A stretch of DNA of 64,000 nt, taken from NCBI GenBank assembly GCA_963702425.1, contig CAVPCQ010000017.1, positions 128,001 through 192,000 of the forward strand. Direction: 5' to 3'. This DNA comes from an uncultured Acidobacteriota bacterium. Its GTDB lineage: Bacteria > Acidobacteriota > Polarisedimenticolia > J045. This document shows positions 1 to 10,070 of the stretch, piece by piece; positions within the stretch are counted from its first letter, which is position 1, and every line of letters begins with the position of its first letter. The translations under genes and the position numbers were made by a program. The notes under the pieces are model-generated. The model was not told the DNA's origin. It was given only the letters and a program-made list of their open reading frames with translations, and made no database searches.

Positions 1-17
1 TGCCGCCTCGCCTGCTC

Positions 18-2192
18 GTGCTCGTACCGCTCTACGCCTTCGGACTAGGGCCGGCAGGCGCCGCCTGGGAGGCGCGGGTCGAACGCGAAGTGACGCAAGA
101 GGAGACCCGTACAGAGAAGTTGCGCGACGCCGCTGGACGCTCCGCCGAGGTTGACGGCTTGAAGGGGGACGGCATTGCGCCCGCGAAGGCGGAGCGGCAA
201 CCGGGGAGCAGGGGATCGGCGGCGAGTTCGTCGTCCCTCCTCGGAGCGCGCTGTAGCAGCTTTGGCGGGAGTAGGGCCGGCCGGGGCGAACTGATCCAGA
301 AGCCGCGTTTCTACACGTCCGAGGACCTCCCTGTGGGTCGTGTCGCCTCCCGCGGTGACGCGAACCGGAGGTCCGCATTGTCGGGCGGCCTGGATCCTCA
401 GCCACGACCGGACCTGGACTCCTTTCCGGGGCTGGAAAGCCCGCCTGCCCAGACCGGTACGATCGCCGCGCCACAACCGACACCTGCCAGGAAGCCGAGG
501 TTCGAGCATCTGCGTGGGCTCGGGCCTCGGAGTTGGCCCTTGCCACAACGCCCGCCTGGGCCGGGTTTAGATCCCCGTGACGTCGGGGCGGGTGTCATTC
601 CGGTCGAACGCCTCACGGCGTGGGACCCGGGGATTCCGGGGGGGATACCGACCTATCACACGGTCTGTGCCACGATCGACGCGTCCAGCTACGGCAACGG
701 CACGGTGGACTCGACGGCCGGCATCCAGGCGGCGATCGACGCGTGCCCGGCCGGTCAGGTCGTCCAGCTCTCGGCAGGGACGTTTCTGGTCAACGGATAT
801 CACCCCATCTTCGTGAACAAGAGCATCGTGCTGCGCGGTGCCGGGCCGCGGGCCACCCTGCTGACGAAATCGTCCATGAACGACAACCCGCTCGTATTGA
901 TCGGTGAGCGGTGGAACTCCGAGGTCGCCTCGGTCAACCTCACGGAGAGTGCCCCTAGGGGAGCGAGGTCGGTGCAGGTGTCCGACACCGCCGGCTTTCG
1001 CGTCGGCCAGCTTGTGACCTTGACCGAGCTGACGGACGACTCCTACGTCTACTGGGGCACCAACCCAGCCGCCGCGGAGGGCGGCGCCGCCAGGGGCTGG
1101 TTCACGCGCTACGATCGACCCGTCGGGCAGATGCTCGAGGTCGCGTCCGTGAGCGACAGGATCATCGGGTTCACCACCCCCCTCCACATCGCATTCGACA
1201 TCGCACGCGCGCCGCAGCTGACGCGGTACTCGATTCCCTACGGCGCGAAGTTCGCCGGCGTCGAGGACCTCCAGCTGCACGGAGGCCGCGACGACAACAT
1301 CACCCTCCGCCTCGCCATGTACTCTTGGGTCCGGAACGTCGAGTCCGTGAACTCATTAGGCGACAGCGTCGGGTTGGACCGATGCTTCCGCTGCGTTGTC
1401 CGGAACAGCTACTTCCACGACTCCGCGAACCCCACGCCTGGCGGGGGCGGCTATCTGCTCGCGCTGTCGACCTACACCGCGGACAGCCTCGTTGAGAACT
1501 CCATCTTTGTTGGCGGAAACAAGGTGATGGTCATGCGGGCCTCCGGAGGAGGCAACGTCATCGGTTACAACTACTTCGACGACGGCTACATCGACTACAA
1601 CCGAGGGTGGATGGAAACGGGGCTGAACGCGTCACACCTCGCCTGTCCGCACTTCGAGCTGTTCGAAGGGAACCAGGCCTTCAACGCGGACGGAGACGAC
1701 ACCTGGGGCGGTGCCGTCTACATCACTTTCTTCCGCAACCACCTGACCGGAAAACGGCGCTCGTTCGACGACGTCTCGAACCGGCGGGCGATCGGCCTCA
1801 TGTACGGGCACTACTACTACAGCTTCGTGGGCAACGTGCTCGGCACTCCGGACCAGGATCCGGCGCCCTTCTCCGGGTTCGCCTACGAGGACGACTATCC
1901 GTGGGAGAGCGACCCGATCGGCCTGTGGCGGATCGGGTACGCGCCGGGGGACTGGAACGCGCCGCCCGATCCACGGGTCGTCGGCACGCTCCACCGGCAC
2001 GCCAACTTCGACTACGCGACACACTCGATCATGTGGGCCACCGGCTGGTCCGACACTCTGCCAGACTCGCTGTACCTCGCCAGCAAGCCCGCCTTCTTCG
2101 GTGCTTACCTCTGGCCCTGGGTCGATGCGACCGGAGCCACCAACCTGCACACCCTGCCCGCCCGGGCCAGATTCGAGGCCGGAGGCTGGTAG
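18..2192 (+). CDS. Right-handed beta-helix (pectin-lyase-fold / GH28-GH55-like) protein with low-complexity N-terminal region; start uncertain, may lie upstream of the window
   Basis: DSTAGIQAAIDACPAGQVVQLSAGTF and KSIVLRGAG match the Pectate_lyase_3-type N-terminal motif, followed by Asn-rich beta-helix repeats; the first ~190 aa are Pro/Arg/Ser-rich. Confidence 0.7.
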   Translation: MLVPLYAFGLGPAGAAWEARVEREVTQEETRTEKLRDAAGRSAEVDGLKGDGIAPAKAERQPGSRGSAASSSSLLGARCSSFGGSRAGRGELIQKPRFYTSEDLPVGRVASRGDANRRSALSGGLDPQPRPDLDSFPGLESPPAQTGTIAAPQPTPARKPRFEHLRGLGPRSWPLPQRPPGPGLDPRDVGAGVIPVERLTAWDPGIPGGIPTYHTVCATIDASSYGNGTVDSTAGIQAAIDACPAGQVVQLSAGTFLVNGYHPIFVNKSIVLRGAGPRATLLTKSSMNDNPLVLIGERWNSEVASVNLTESAPRGARSVQVSDTAGFRVGQLVTLTELTDDSYVYWGTNPAAAEGGAARGWFTRYDRPVGQMLEVASVSDRIIGFTTPLHIAFDIARAPQLTRYSIPYGAKFAGVEDLQLHGGRDDNITLRLAMYSWVRNVESVNSLGDSVGLDRCFRCVVRNSYFHDSANPTPGGGGYLLALSTYTADSLVENSIFVGGNKVMVMRASGGGNVIGYNYFDDGYIDYNRGWMETGLNASHLACPHFELFEGNQAFNADGDDTWGGAVYITFFRNHLTGKRRSFDDVSNRRAIGLMYGHYYYSFVGNVLGTPDQDPAPFSGFAYEDDYPWESDPIGLWRIGYAPGDWNAPPDPRVVGTLHRHANFDYATHSIMWATGWSDTLPDSLYLASKPAFFGAYLWPWVDATGATNLHTLPARARFEAGGW

Positions 2193-2567
2193 TCGCGAAG
2201 GCGAGGCGCTCGCGGGCCAACCGAGATCCGGGTCCAGGGGCCTGAGCACACACTGCAAGTGTCCCAGCTGCCGGCCGTCACGCCCAGCTCGGTCGCGTCC
2301 GTCAAACCCACGGCGGGGCCTGATACCCCGACTGGGGAAGCATGGAATCGCGCTGCGTGCGAACCGGCGATCTCGCGACCGTCCTCCAGGCCTGGACGCG
2401 CTGACCCGCCGGCGCCGTCGCGAGGCTCCCGAACTGGGCCCCGGTGCGCGCGACGACGGCGACCAAGCTGCAATCGGTGCCGTCGGACCGGGGAACCGAC
2501 GCTGGCAGAAGGCTTCGCCTGGACCTCTGGAAGTGCGCCAAGGGCCGGCATTACACTGTAGGAGAGC

Positions 2568-5417
2568 ATGGCTAGCGATCTCGGACGCACGCGTATGGAT
2601 ACGACGAGGAACTCGGCGACCCCAGACGATTCGCTCGTGCCGCGACGGGTGCGCCCGCTGGGCGTACCCGCGGCCTGGACCGGGGCCGAGTCGATACGGG
2701 TCTACCCCGCGGCTCGCCTCGACCAACTCGTCGCGCGTCAGGCCGAGCGGACCCCCGAGGCCATCGCCCTCAGCGACGGCCCGACGACCGTCAGCTACGC
2801 CCAGTTGATGCGGGACGCGCACAGGCTCGCCCACGTGCTCTGTGCACGCGGCATCGACCGTGAGGACCTGGTTGCCGTGTCTCTCGACCGATCGATCGAC
2901 CAGATCGTGAGCGTTCTCGGCGTCCTGCTGTCAGGCGCGGCATTCGTGCCGATCGATCCACAGGGGCCGGCGGAACGACGCCGCTTCATGCTGGAAGACG
3001 CCCAGCCGCGCGCGATCGTGACCAACGCGGCGTCTGCCGGCTCGATTCCCTCCGAGCTTCGCAGGATCGTCGTCTCTTCCGCATCGTTCGGCCAGGCGCA
3101 CGCGGAGCCCGGTGCCGGGAGTGCGCCGCTGCCGCTGACCGGAACGCCGCAGGATCTCGCATACGCGATCTACACATCCGGCTCCACCGGCACACCGAAG
3201 GGCGTGCTCAATCAGCACGACGGCGTGTCGAACCACCTGGCATGGATGGCGGAAACGTTTCCCCTCTCCACCGATGACCGCGTGCTCGTCAAGGCGCCGG
3301 CAGTGTTCGATGTCGCCGTCTGGGAATGGTTCTGGCCGCTCTCCCAGGGTGCGTGCCTCGTCCTGGCGCCTCCGGGCACCGACAAGGACCCGCGCAGCCT
3401 GCTCGACGCAATCGAAGCCCACCAGATCACGAACATTCACTTCGTGCCGACGCTGCTCCGCGTCTTGCTGGAGCGCCCGGATCTCGATCGCTGTCGGTCG
3501 CTGCAGCGGGTGTTCTGCAGCGGTGAAGCGGTGGCCGCGGACCTTCGTGATCGGTTCTTCGACCGCGTTCCGGGGAGACCTGTGCTGATCGACCTGTATG
3601 GCCCGACCGAAGCCGCCGTGCACGTCACCGCCTGGGTGTGCACGCCCGGAGAGACCGGACCGGTCCCGATAGGCCATCCGCTGCCCAATGTCCGGGCGTA
3701 CATCGTCGATCACGATCTCAACCCCGTGCCCGAGGGCGTTCGCGGCGAATTGCTGATCGGCGGCGTGCAGGTCGCGCGCGGCTATCTGCGCCGTCCCGAG
3801 TTGACGCGCGAGCAGTTCGTTCCGGATCCGTTTGTCGAGGATCCGGACGCGCGGTGCTATCGCACGGGCGACTGCGTCGCCTGGCGCGCAGACGGCGCGA
3901 TCGACTTCTTCGGCCGCTACGACTCACAGGTGAAGCTGGGCGGCGTGCGCGTGGAGCTGGGCGAGGTCGAGGCGGCGCTGCGCCTCCATCCGGCGGTCGG
4001 CGACGCGGCTGCCGTCGTACGGGAGGACGGAGAGTCGAAGCGGATCGTCGCCTATCTGCGACGTGCGCACGCCGGTGACACGCGGCCGGATCCCACGGTC
4101 GAGAGCCTACGCCGCTTCCTGGCCGACAGGCTGCCGGCCTACATGACGCCCGGCTGGTATGTGTGGCTCGACCGCTTTCCCGCCACGCCGACGGGCAAGC
4201 TGGATCGTCGAGCGCTACCGAATCCCGACGCGTCCCGGTTGTCGACCGAACGGGCGTTCGAACCCCCGGTCGCAGGCACCGAGGCGCATCTGGCGAAACT
4301 CTGGCGCGACGAGCTGAAGATCGATCAGGTCGGGCGGCACGACGACTTTCACCTGCTCGGCGGCGACTCGCTGGGCGCGATGCGGCTGTTTGAGCGGATT
4401 CGCGACACGTTTGGCGTGGACCTCCCGCTGGCAACGCTGTTCGAGGCTCGAACCGTCGCGGAACTCGCCGTACTGTTGCGGGATCGGATCGAGGGGAGCA
4501 CGCCGCCTGAATCGGGCGATCGCACGCGCCTTGAGACCGGCGTGCCGGCCATAACCCGTCCAGCCCTGCGCTCACTGGTCGCGGTGCAAAACGGAGCCGG
4601 CCGGACCCCGCTTTTCGTCGTGCACGGTGCTGGAGGCAACGTCCTCAACATCTGGGACCTGGCGCGGGCAATGAGTCCGAAGCAGGCCGTCTTCGGCCTC
4701 CAGGCCTCTGGCATCGATGGCGTCAGCCCACCGGGAGCGACGATCGAGCAGATGGCGCAGACCTACCTCGACGAGGTTCGGGCGGTGCAGCCACAAGGCC
4801 CCTACATGCTGGCCGGATACTCCGGTGGCGGCGTCATCGCATTCGAGATGGCGCGGAGACTGGACGAGGCGGGGGAAGCGATCGGGGTGCTCGCCTTCAT
4901 CGATACGTTTCATCCGCAGATGCGGCTCCCGCAGATCAACGCGTTGACTCGGCTCGAGCGGCTTCGTCGCGAAGGGATGCCGTATGTCCGTGATGCCTTC
5001 GACAGGCTGCGCAAGTCCCGCCAGGACGCTCGTGACGAGCGGCGACTCGAGGAGCATCTGGCGGCGGGCGAGCCGATCCCACTCGCCCTGCGTGAGCTGT
5101 ACCTGATTCGCAACTTCCAACACGCGGCGCGCCGGTACACACCGCCGGCGTGGCCGGGGAAGGTGCTGTTGTTCAGGGCCGAGCAGGTCGATTACTACTA
5201 CCGGGCCGGCGGCCCGGTCTACGGATGGGACGAGACCGTCCTGGGCGGCATCGAGATCATTCCGATCCCGGGCGATCACGACACGTTATTGCTCGGCGCC
5301 AACGCCCAGCGCATTGCGCACCGCCTCGGCCAGGCGATCGACGAAGTGGAGGCCCGAGGGGCGATCAGGACAGGGAGGGATAGACGAAGCGGAGCGCCAG
5401 AACGTACTGCAGATTGA
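2568..5417 (+). CDS. Stand-alone NRPS-like enzyme, adenylation-thiolation-thioesterase (A-T-TE)
   Basis: A-domain cores YTSGSTGTPKG, SGE, YGPTE, GELLIGGVQVARGY, YRTGD, TPTGKLDR; carrier LGGDSL; thioesterase GYSGG and GDH; no condensation domain. Confidence 0.93.
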   Translation: MASDLGRTRMDTTRNSATPDDSLVPRRVRPLGVPAAWTGAESIRVYPAARLDQLVARQAERTPEAIALSDGPTTVSYAQLMRDAHRLAHVLCARGIDREDLVAVSLDRSIDQIVSVLGVLLSGAAFVPIDPQGPAERRRFMLEDAQPRAIVTNAASAGSIPSELRRIVVSSASFGQAHAEPGAGSAPLPLTGTPQDLAYAIYTSGSTGTPKGVLNQHDGVSNHLAWMAETFPLSTDDRVLVKAPAVFDVAVWEWFWPLSQGACLVLAPPGTDKDPRSLLDAIEAHQITNIHFVPTLLRVLLERPDLDRCRSLQRVFCSGEAVAADLRDRFFDRVPGRPVLIDLYGPTEAAVHVTAWVCTPGETGPVPIGHPLPNVRAYIVDHDLNPVPEGVRGELLIGGVQVARGYLRRPELTREQFVPDPFVEDPDARCYRTGDCVAWRADGAIDFFGRYDSQVKLGGVRVELGEVEAALRLHPAVGDAAAVVREDGESKRIVAYLRRAHAGDTRPDPTVESLRRFLADRLPAYMTPGWYVWLDRFPATPTGKLDRRALPNPDASRLSTERAFEPPVAGTEAHLAKLWRDELKIDQVGRHDDFHLLGGDSLGAMRLFERIRDTFGVDLPLATLFEARTVAELAVLLRDRIEGSTPPESGDRTRLETGVPAITRPALRSLVAVQNGAGRTPLFVVHGAGGNVLNIWDLARAMSPKQAVFGLQASGIDGVSPPGATIEQMAQTYLDEVRAVQPQGPYMLAGYSGGGVIAFEMARRLDEAGEAIGVLAFIDTFHPQMRLPQINALTRLERLRREGMPYVRDAFDRLRKSRQDARDERRLEEHLAAGEPIPLALRELYLIRNFQHAARRYTPPAWPGKVLLFRAEQVDYYYRAGGPVYGWDETVLGGIEIIPIPGDHDTLLLGANAQRIAHRLGQAIDEVEARGAIRTGRDRRSGAPERTAD

Positions 5418-7086
5418 ATCGCGTGAACCACACCAAGGTCTTCTTGAGGCCTTGCGGCGGGTCGACCGCGGCCTCGAAGCGCCCGTCGCCCCGCCCGTAG
5501 TGGACCATCGTCTCCGTGCCGTACCCGGAGGGTGGATCATCTGCGGGAAGAACGAGGAGATCGGGAAGGCCGTCGTCATCGAGGTCGTGGAGCAACTGGC
5601 CCCAGTTCGATCCGATGATGCTCGTGACGGCGCCCGGCTCGAAGGTGCCGTCGCCTCGACCGAGGAAGGGCCGGACGTACTCGTCTGGAAGCGGTTCGAG
5701 GGAAGCCAGGAGGTCGAGCGTGCCGTCTGCATCGAGGTCGCCCGGGAAGAGCCGCGTGGGCCACGGTCCGAAGGACTCCCGGTAGCGGTCCGGCTCGACG
5801 AAGCGGGGACCGGGGAGGCCGCGGTACCAGACGAGGCCGTATTTGGGAAAGGAGTCATTCCATCCGGATGGGGCCGGCGTGAGCACCGCGTCGCGTACCC
5901 CGTCACCGTCGAGATCGCGCGCATCGATCAGCCCCGGCTGTCCCTGGCTGCGCTCTCCGACGATCGGTTCCGCATCCGGGCGGGAGAGCAGGAGCTGGTA
6001 GCCATAGCCCGGACCGCCGTCCCACGCCCCCGGGTTGAACCGCAGCACGATGTCCTCGAGGCCGTCGTCGTCGAGCTGCATCGGTTCCGCTGCGCTGGTG
6101 CCGGGCGGAATCTCGACCGCCCTCCGCCAAGCGAACGATGACCCTGCGGCGTCCCAGCGATACGCGACCAGTTGTGCCGTCGTGCCGCCCGACAGGATCA
6201 TTTGGACCAGGATGTCCGGCAGGCCCGGGCCGGACCGGCCAAGTATGCTCCGCACGTAGGAATAGCCGCCCACGAATGTCGGGCTCCACGAGGCGAGCGG
6301 ATCGCGAGCGTCGCCGAGCAACACGATGAACGCGGTGCCGTCCTCCGTGGAGCGCGTCACGATGTCATCGTCCCCGTCGCCGTCGACATCCGCTGCCTCT
6401 GCGCTCGCAGCGAAGCGGAACGGGAGGCGCGCCTCGAGCACCAGCGACCAGCCGGTCCCTTCCCCGAGGCCATAGGCGCGCACGACGTACTGTTCCAGGA
6501 TCGCGAACTCGCTGCGACCGTCGCCGTCGAAGTCACCGACTGCCGAGACCGCCCACTCCTCGGGGAACTCGAAGGCCTCGCTCGGCGCGAAGCGCCCGCC
6601 GCCCAGGCCGCGAAACAGCTCGATCCGCGAAGGGGCCTCGTCAGGGCGCGGAACGAGGTGGAGGAGCAGATCGAGCGTGCCATCCCCGTCGAAGTCGGCG
6701 TCGTAGAACCTCACACGCTCGAGATACTCGCTGATCGGATTCCCCGTGGCGATGCACTCGCTCCCGAAGCGCGGGCCAGGCCCGAAGCGGACGCGGAGGA
6801 TCGAGTGGGAGACCTCCGGAGCGAGTTCGGCGTGCGGAAGAGTCAGCGTGCTCCTCACCAGCAGGAGCAATTCGGGGCTTCCGTCCGCGTCGACGTCGGC
6901 CCTGTGGGTCGCCTCGATACGCTGATCCCCCAGCTCGAGCGGCAGCGGAAGCTGCGCGTGTCGGCGCGTGCACGCGGACGCTCCCGCGTCGGTCACGGTA
7001 CCGGTCGCAGCCAGCAGCGCCAGTACCAAGGGACTGCAGGTGAGAAAAGAGCGAATGACCGATTGACGGAGGCACCAGCAGGCCAT
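5365..7086 (-). CDS. Secreted FG-GAP/VCBS repeat protein; C-terminus probably truncated, overlaps the NRPS end
   Basis: Signal-like hydrophobic segment; repeated DFDGDGTLDL, DFDGDGRSE, DVDGDGDDDI, DLDGDGVRDA, DLDADGTLDL, DLDDDGLPDL; GGGGAGG RBS before ATG. Confidence 0.85.
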   Translation of the reverse strand: MACWCLRQSVIRSFLTCSPLVLALLAATGTVTDAGASACTRRHAQLPLPLELGDQRIEATHRADVDADGSPELLLLVRSTLTLPHAELAPEVSHSILRVRFGPGPRFGSECIATGNPISEYLERVRFYDADFDGDGTLDLLLHLVPRPDEAPSRIELFRGLGGGRFAPSEAFEFPEEWAVSAVGDFDGDGRSEFAILEQYVVRAYGLGEGTGWSLVLEARLPFRFAASAEAADVDGDGDDDIVTRSTEDGTAFIVLLGDARDPLASWSPTFVGGYSYVRSILGRSGPGLPDILVQMILSGGTTAQLVAYRWDAAGSSFAWRRAVEIPPGTSAAEPMQLDDDGLEDIVLRFNPGAWDGGPGYGYQLLLSRPDAEPIVGERSQGQPGLIDARDLDGDGVRDAVLTPAPSGWNDSFPKYGLVWYRGLPGPRFVEPDRYRESFGPWPTRLFPGDLDADGTLDLLASLEPLPDEYVRPFLGRGDGTFEPGAVTSIIGSNWGQLLHDLDDDGLPDLLVLPADDPPSGYGTETMVHYGRGDGRFEAAVDPPQGLKKTLVWFTRFNLQYVLALRFVYPSLS

Positions 7087-7164
7087 TGGACCTCCCCGAG
7101 GACGAGCATGAGCTTACGCCGAAGGCATAACGAACGCTAGGTTCTGCCCCTCCGAGGGAGAGCG

Positions 7165-7189
7165 GCGTACGGGGTCATGGCGAGGCACA
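7165..7189 (+). mobile_element. Solo terminal repeat of the IS481-like family seen elsewhere in the window
   Basis: gcgtacggggtcatGGCGAGGCACA resembles the ends at 23248, 26717, 29014, 39174 (GGCGAAGCACA / GGCGAAGGACA). Confidence 0.45.
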
Positions 7190-7353
7190 GCGCGGAGCGC
7201 GAGCGTGGCGTCGCGGTCCTCCGGCCCGGAGCACGATTTCCTCTTCGCGGTGAGAGAGCGCGGCGAGCCGATCGGCGGGCTGCTTCGACTCCTCAGACGA
7301 TCCGGCCGCAGCCGACTCGGTGATGTCGGACCTGCTCGCGCCCTAGCCGCCGT

Positions 7354-10044
7354 TCACCGGGCGACGACGAGCACGCGGATCACACCGCGGCCGGCGGCGA
7401 GCGGCTCGAGCGCCTTGGCGACGATCGTCCCGGGGAGCGCGACCACGGCCCGTGACGCATGGCCCGGGGCGATCGACGTGGCGAGCAGGTCTCCCGGCAC
7501 GATCGGCCCGTCGGTCGCATCGACGCGGCAGGTCGCGACCCCGCCGAGCGCGACGAGGACCAGTCCAGGGGGTGCGGACCCAGCCACAGCAACACCGACG
7601 ACGCGCGGGTCGAGCGCGGACTGGGCCGCGCGAACTGCGCCCGAGCCCTCCGGGTCGAGCGCCACGACGTCCCCCGGCTCGATCGGACCGGCGCTGGGGA
7701 AGGCGGCGGCGAGCACTGGCGGCGGCGCCGCGGCGGCCGCGGAATCGGGCGAGACGATCGACGCGATCGCAACCCCTTGCGCTTCCATCGCCGACTCGCT
7801 CCCCGGGACACCTCCCGCCAGACGACCCGCCGTCGCTCCCGTCGCTGCGCTCGCCGGCCTCTCCGCCATCGGACCGGTCGGCGCTACCACCGAGCGGTGG
7901 ACGAAGGCAAGGATCTCGCCGCGACCGACTGCGAGCGGCTCGAGCGCAATGCCGATAGCGGGGCCACCGTCGCGAACGCGGATCGCGATCCCCGGGTCGG
8001 GCCCCGGCCCGAGCGGGTCTCCGGGGTGGATCGGGCCGATTCCTGCGTCGACGCGCACGCGCACGCGACCCGCGAGCGCGACTGGCGCGACACGACGCTC
8101 GAAGAAGTCGGCGAGTGCGAGCGACTCGAGCATCTCGGCATCGATCTCGGAACGCTCCGCCTCGGTCATCCGCAGGACGAGCCGTTCGAGAATCGCCGTG
8201 CTCTGGGTCTCGAACTCGGCGCGCAGTTCGGCGCCCCACCGCTCACCGAGCGCCTCCGCGTCGAACGGCGCACCGCCGAGCAGCAGCCCCGGCCCCGCGC
8301 TGACGACGCCCAGCACGAGCGGGTCGTCCTCGCCGGCTGTTCGACGCACTGCGCCGGGGCGCAGCGGGTCGGCGGCCACCAGTTCGCCCGCTGCGATCGG
8401 TTCGGACATGACGAAGCTCTCGGCCACATCGAACGCGACGTTCTCGGTCAGCGCGCCGCGGATCCGCAGGTCGCCGTCCTCCTGCAGCTCGGCGAGCTTG
8501 GACGTGTTCGCGGTCGATCCGTCGTGGAACCAGTCCGCGACCGTCGACGCCGCGTTGTTGTTGTCGTCGATCATCGTGCGGACGATCCCGTCCGAGTAAA
8601 GGTTGAGCGTCACGCCGTCGGGAGCGTGGACGAAGTTCGCGTTCACGGTGCCGTCGACCTCGAGATCCTGTGCGATGTAGACGTCGGCCAGGCTGCCGAT
8701 CTCCGCGGCGTCCTGCCCGGCCGCGTCGCCGAACGAGTTGAAGATCTGGCCCGTGGTCGGGATCGCGTCGCCGGCGATCACCCCGCTGATCGCGTAGAAC
8801 GAGCCGCCGACCTCCAGGTCCGACGTCACGTGGAGATCGTCGGCCGTCGTCATGTCGCTCGACTGCGGGTTCCCCGAGCCGTAGGCGCTGTAGGTTCGAG
8901 CGGCGTTGTTCCCCGTGGCGACGAAGAGCCGGCCGGCTGTGAGCGAGTCGCCGGCCTCGACATCGTGCATCACGAACAGGTCGTCGTCGTCGGTGACCCG
9001 CCCCGACACGGGCCCGCCGTGAAGGTAGCTGCCGAAGAAGTGGTATGCGCGCCCGGGCGCGGCCTCGGCGCTCGGGCCGGCGTGGAACATCCCCGACACG
9101 CTGAACGAGCGCGTGGTCTCGAACCGGTCGTCGGCGAAACCGGCGCCGTGCTCGTGGAGCCGGAGCTCGGGCATCGCGGGCTCGCCGTTGGCGAAGTCGA
9201 TCGCGAGCACCTGGCCGCCGGAAATCCGCAGCGAGCCGCCGACAGAGAGGAGCGTCCCCGCGGCGAACGAGAGCGTCCCGGCCGTGTAGCTGTCGCTGAC
9301 GTCGCTGCGCAGGAGCTGGGTCGAGTCGAGCCCGTCCAGCTTTCCCGCGTCGACGTTGGTGTGGATGTGGAGCACATCGGCGATCGCGCCGCTGGTCAGC
9401 GCGGTCAGGTTGGCCGGTGTCACGGTCGGCCCAGCGCCGTCGAGCTTGTTCAGCTCTGCGGCGCTGCTCGTCATCGCGGCGCCGCCGAGCTGCAGCGCGC
9501 CGGCGACGTTGAGCGTCGTCCCCGGGTCGAAGGTCAGCGCGTAGCCGTAGAGCGCGCTGCCGGTGAAGTTGTCGCTCCCTTCGCTGCGCAGGAACTCGCC
9601 CGGGCCCTTGTCCTGGAGCTGGGTGCAGTTGAAGGCGTAGGGCGCGGCCGCGAAACGGACCCGAGGGAGCAGCACGTCGCCGTCGACCTCGAGCTGGAGG
9701 AAGACCTGGTCGAAGTCTCCGAACATCACTCCGATGTTCGACCCGCCGTAGCCCGACGCGCCCGCGACGAAGGGCTGGCTGCCGAGCAGGATCTCGAAGA
9801 GGCCGCCGGTCACCGTCACCGCGGGATGGCTCTCCGAGCCGATGTCGTATGCGGCGTCGTTCGACGAGGCGTGGCTCCAGTAGCGCACGACGATCGGGTA
9901 CGGCCCGTCGAGCGGACGATCATTCGTGTCCCGCAGGACCCCCTGGAATCCGGTGATCAGTGGGGGGATGTTGGCCATGGCCAGCGGCGTGACCGCGGCG
10001 ATCAGCAGGACGAGTGAGCGGTGCAGGACGGTGTGCCGGATCAT
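7354..10044 (-). CDS. Secreted phage-tail-fibre-like protein with tandem C-terminal Peptidase_G2-like intramolecular chaperone domains
   Basis: Signal peptide, N-terminal FQGVLRDTNDRPLDG head, fibre repeats (AAELNKLDG, LDGLDSTQLLRSD, three DLxVxxDLEVxG), then FDVAESF...LGVVS..PG.LLG...PVALAGRVRVRVDA...GDPL...IGIALE and a second degenerate copy; RBS before ATG 10044. Confidence 0.75.
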   Translation of the reverse strand: MIRHTVLHRSLVLLIAAVTPLAMANIPPLITGFQGVLRDTNDRPLDGPYPIVVRYWSHASSNDAAYDIGSESHPAVTVTGGLFEILLGSQPFVAGASGYGGSNIGVMFGDFDQVFLQLEVDGDVLLPRVRFAAAPYAFNCTQLQDKGPGEFLRSEGSDNFTGSALYGYALTFDPGTTLNVAGALQLGGAAMTSSAAELNKLDGAGPTVTPANLTALTSGAIADVLHIHTNVDAGKLDGLDSTQLLRSDVSDSYTAGTLSFAAGTLLSVGGSLRISGGQVLAIDFANGEPAMPELRLHEHGAGFADDRFETTRSFSVSGMFHAGPSAEAAPGRAYHFFGSYLHGGPVSGRVTDDDDLFVMHDVEAGDSLTAGRLFVATGNNAARTYSAYGSGNPQSSDMTTADDLHVTSDLEVGGSFYAISGVIAGDAIPTTGQIFNSFGDAAGQDAAEIGSLADVYIAQDLEVDGTVNANFVHAPDGVTLNLYSDGIVRTMIDDNNNAASTVADWFHDGSTANTSKLAELQEDGDLRIRGALTENVAFDVAESFVMSEPIAAGELVAADPLRPGAVRRTAGEDDPLVLGVVSAGPGLLLGGAPFDAEALGERWGAELRAEFETQSTAILERLVLRMTEAERSEIDAEMLESLALADFFERRVAPVALAGRVRVRVDAGIGPIHPGDPLGPGPDPGIAIRVRDGGPAIGIALEPLAVGRGEILAFVHRSVVAPTGPMAERPASAATGATAGRLAGGVPGSESAMEAQGVAIASIVSPDSAAAAAPPPVLAAAFPSAGPIEPGDVVALDPEGSGAVRAAQSALDPRVVGVAVAGSAPPGLVLVALGGVATCRVDATDGPIVPGDLLATSIAPGHASRAVVALPGTIVAKALEPLAAGRGVIRVLVVAR

Positions 10045-10070
10045 CGTTCCCTCCCCTCGATGCGTCGGCT

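Noticed and set aside
7120-7150. attC-like GCATAAC...GTTCTGC upstream of the FG-GAP gene
   Set aside because: Arms are too close for an attC site, no matching site at the other end of the gene, and no integron integrase in the window
7354-10044. Prophage or tailocin
   Set aside because: The fibre-like protein has a signal peptide and there are no capsid, terminase, baseplate, sheath or integrase genes
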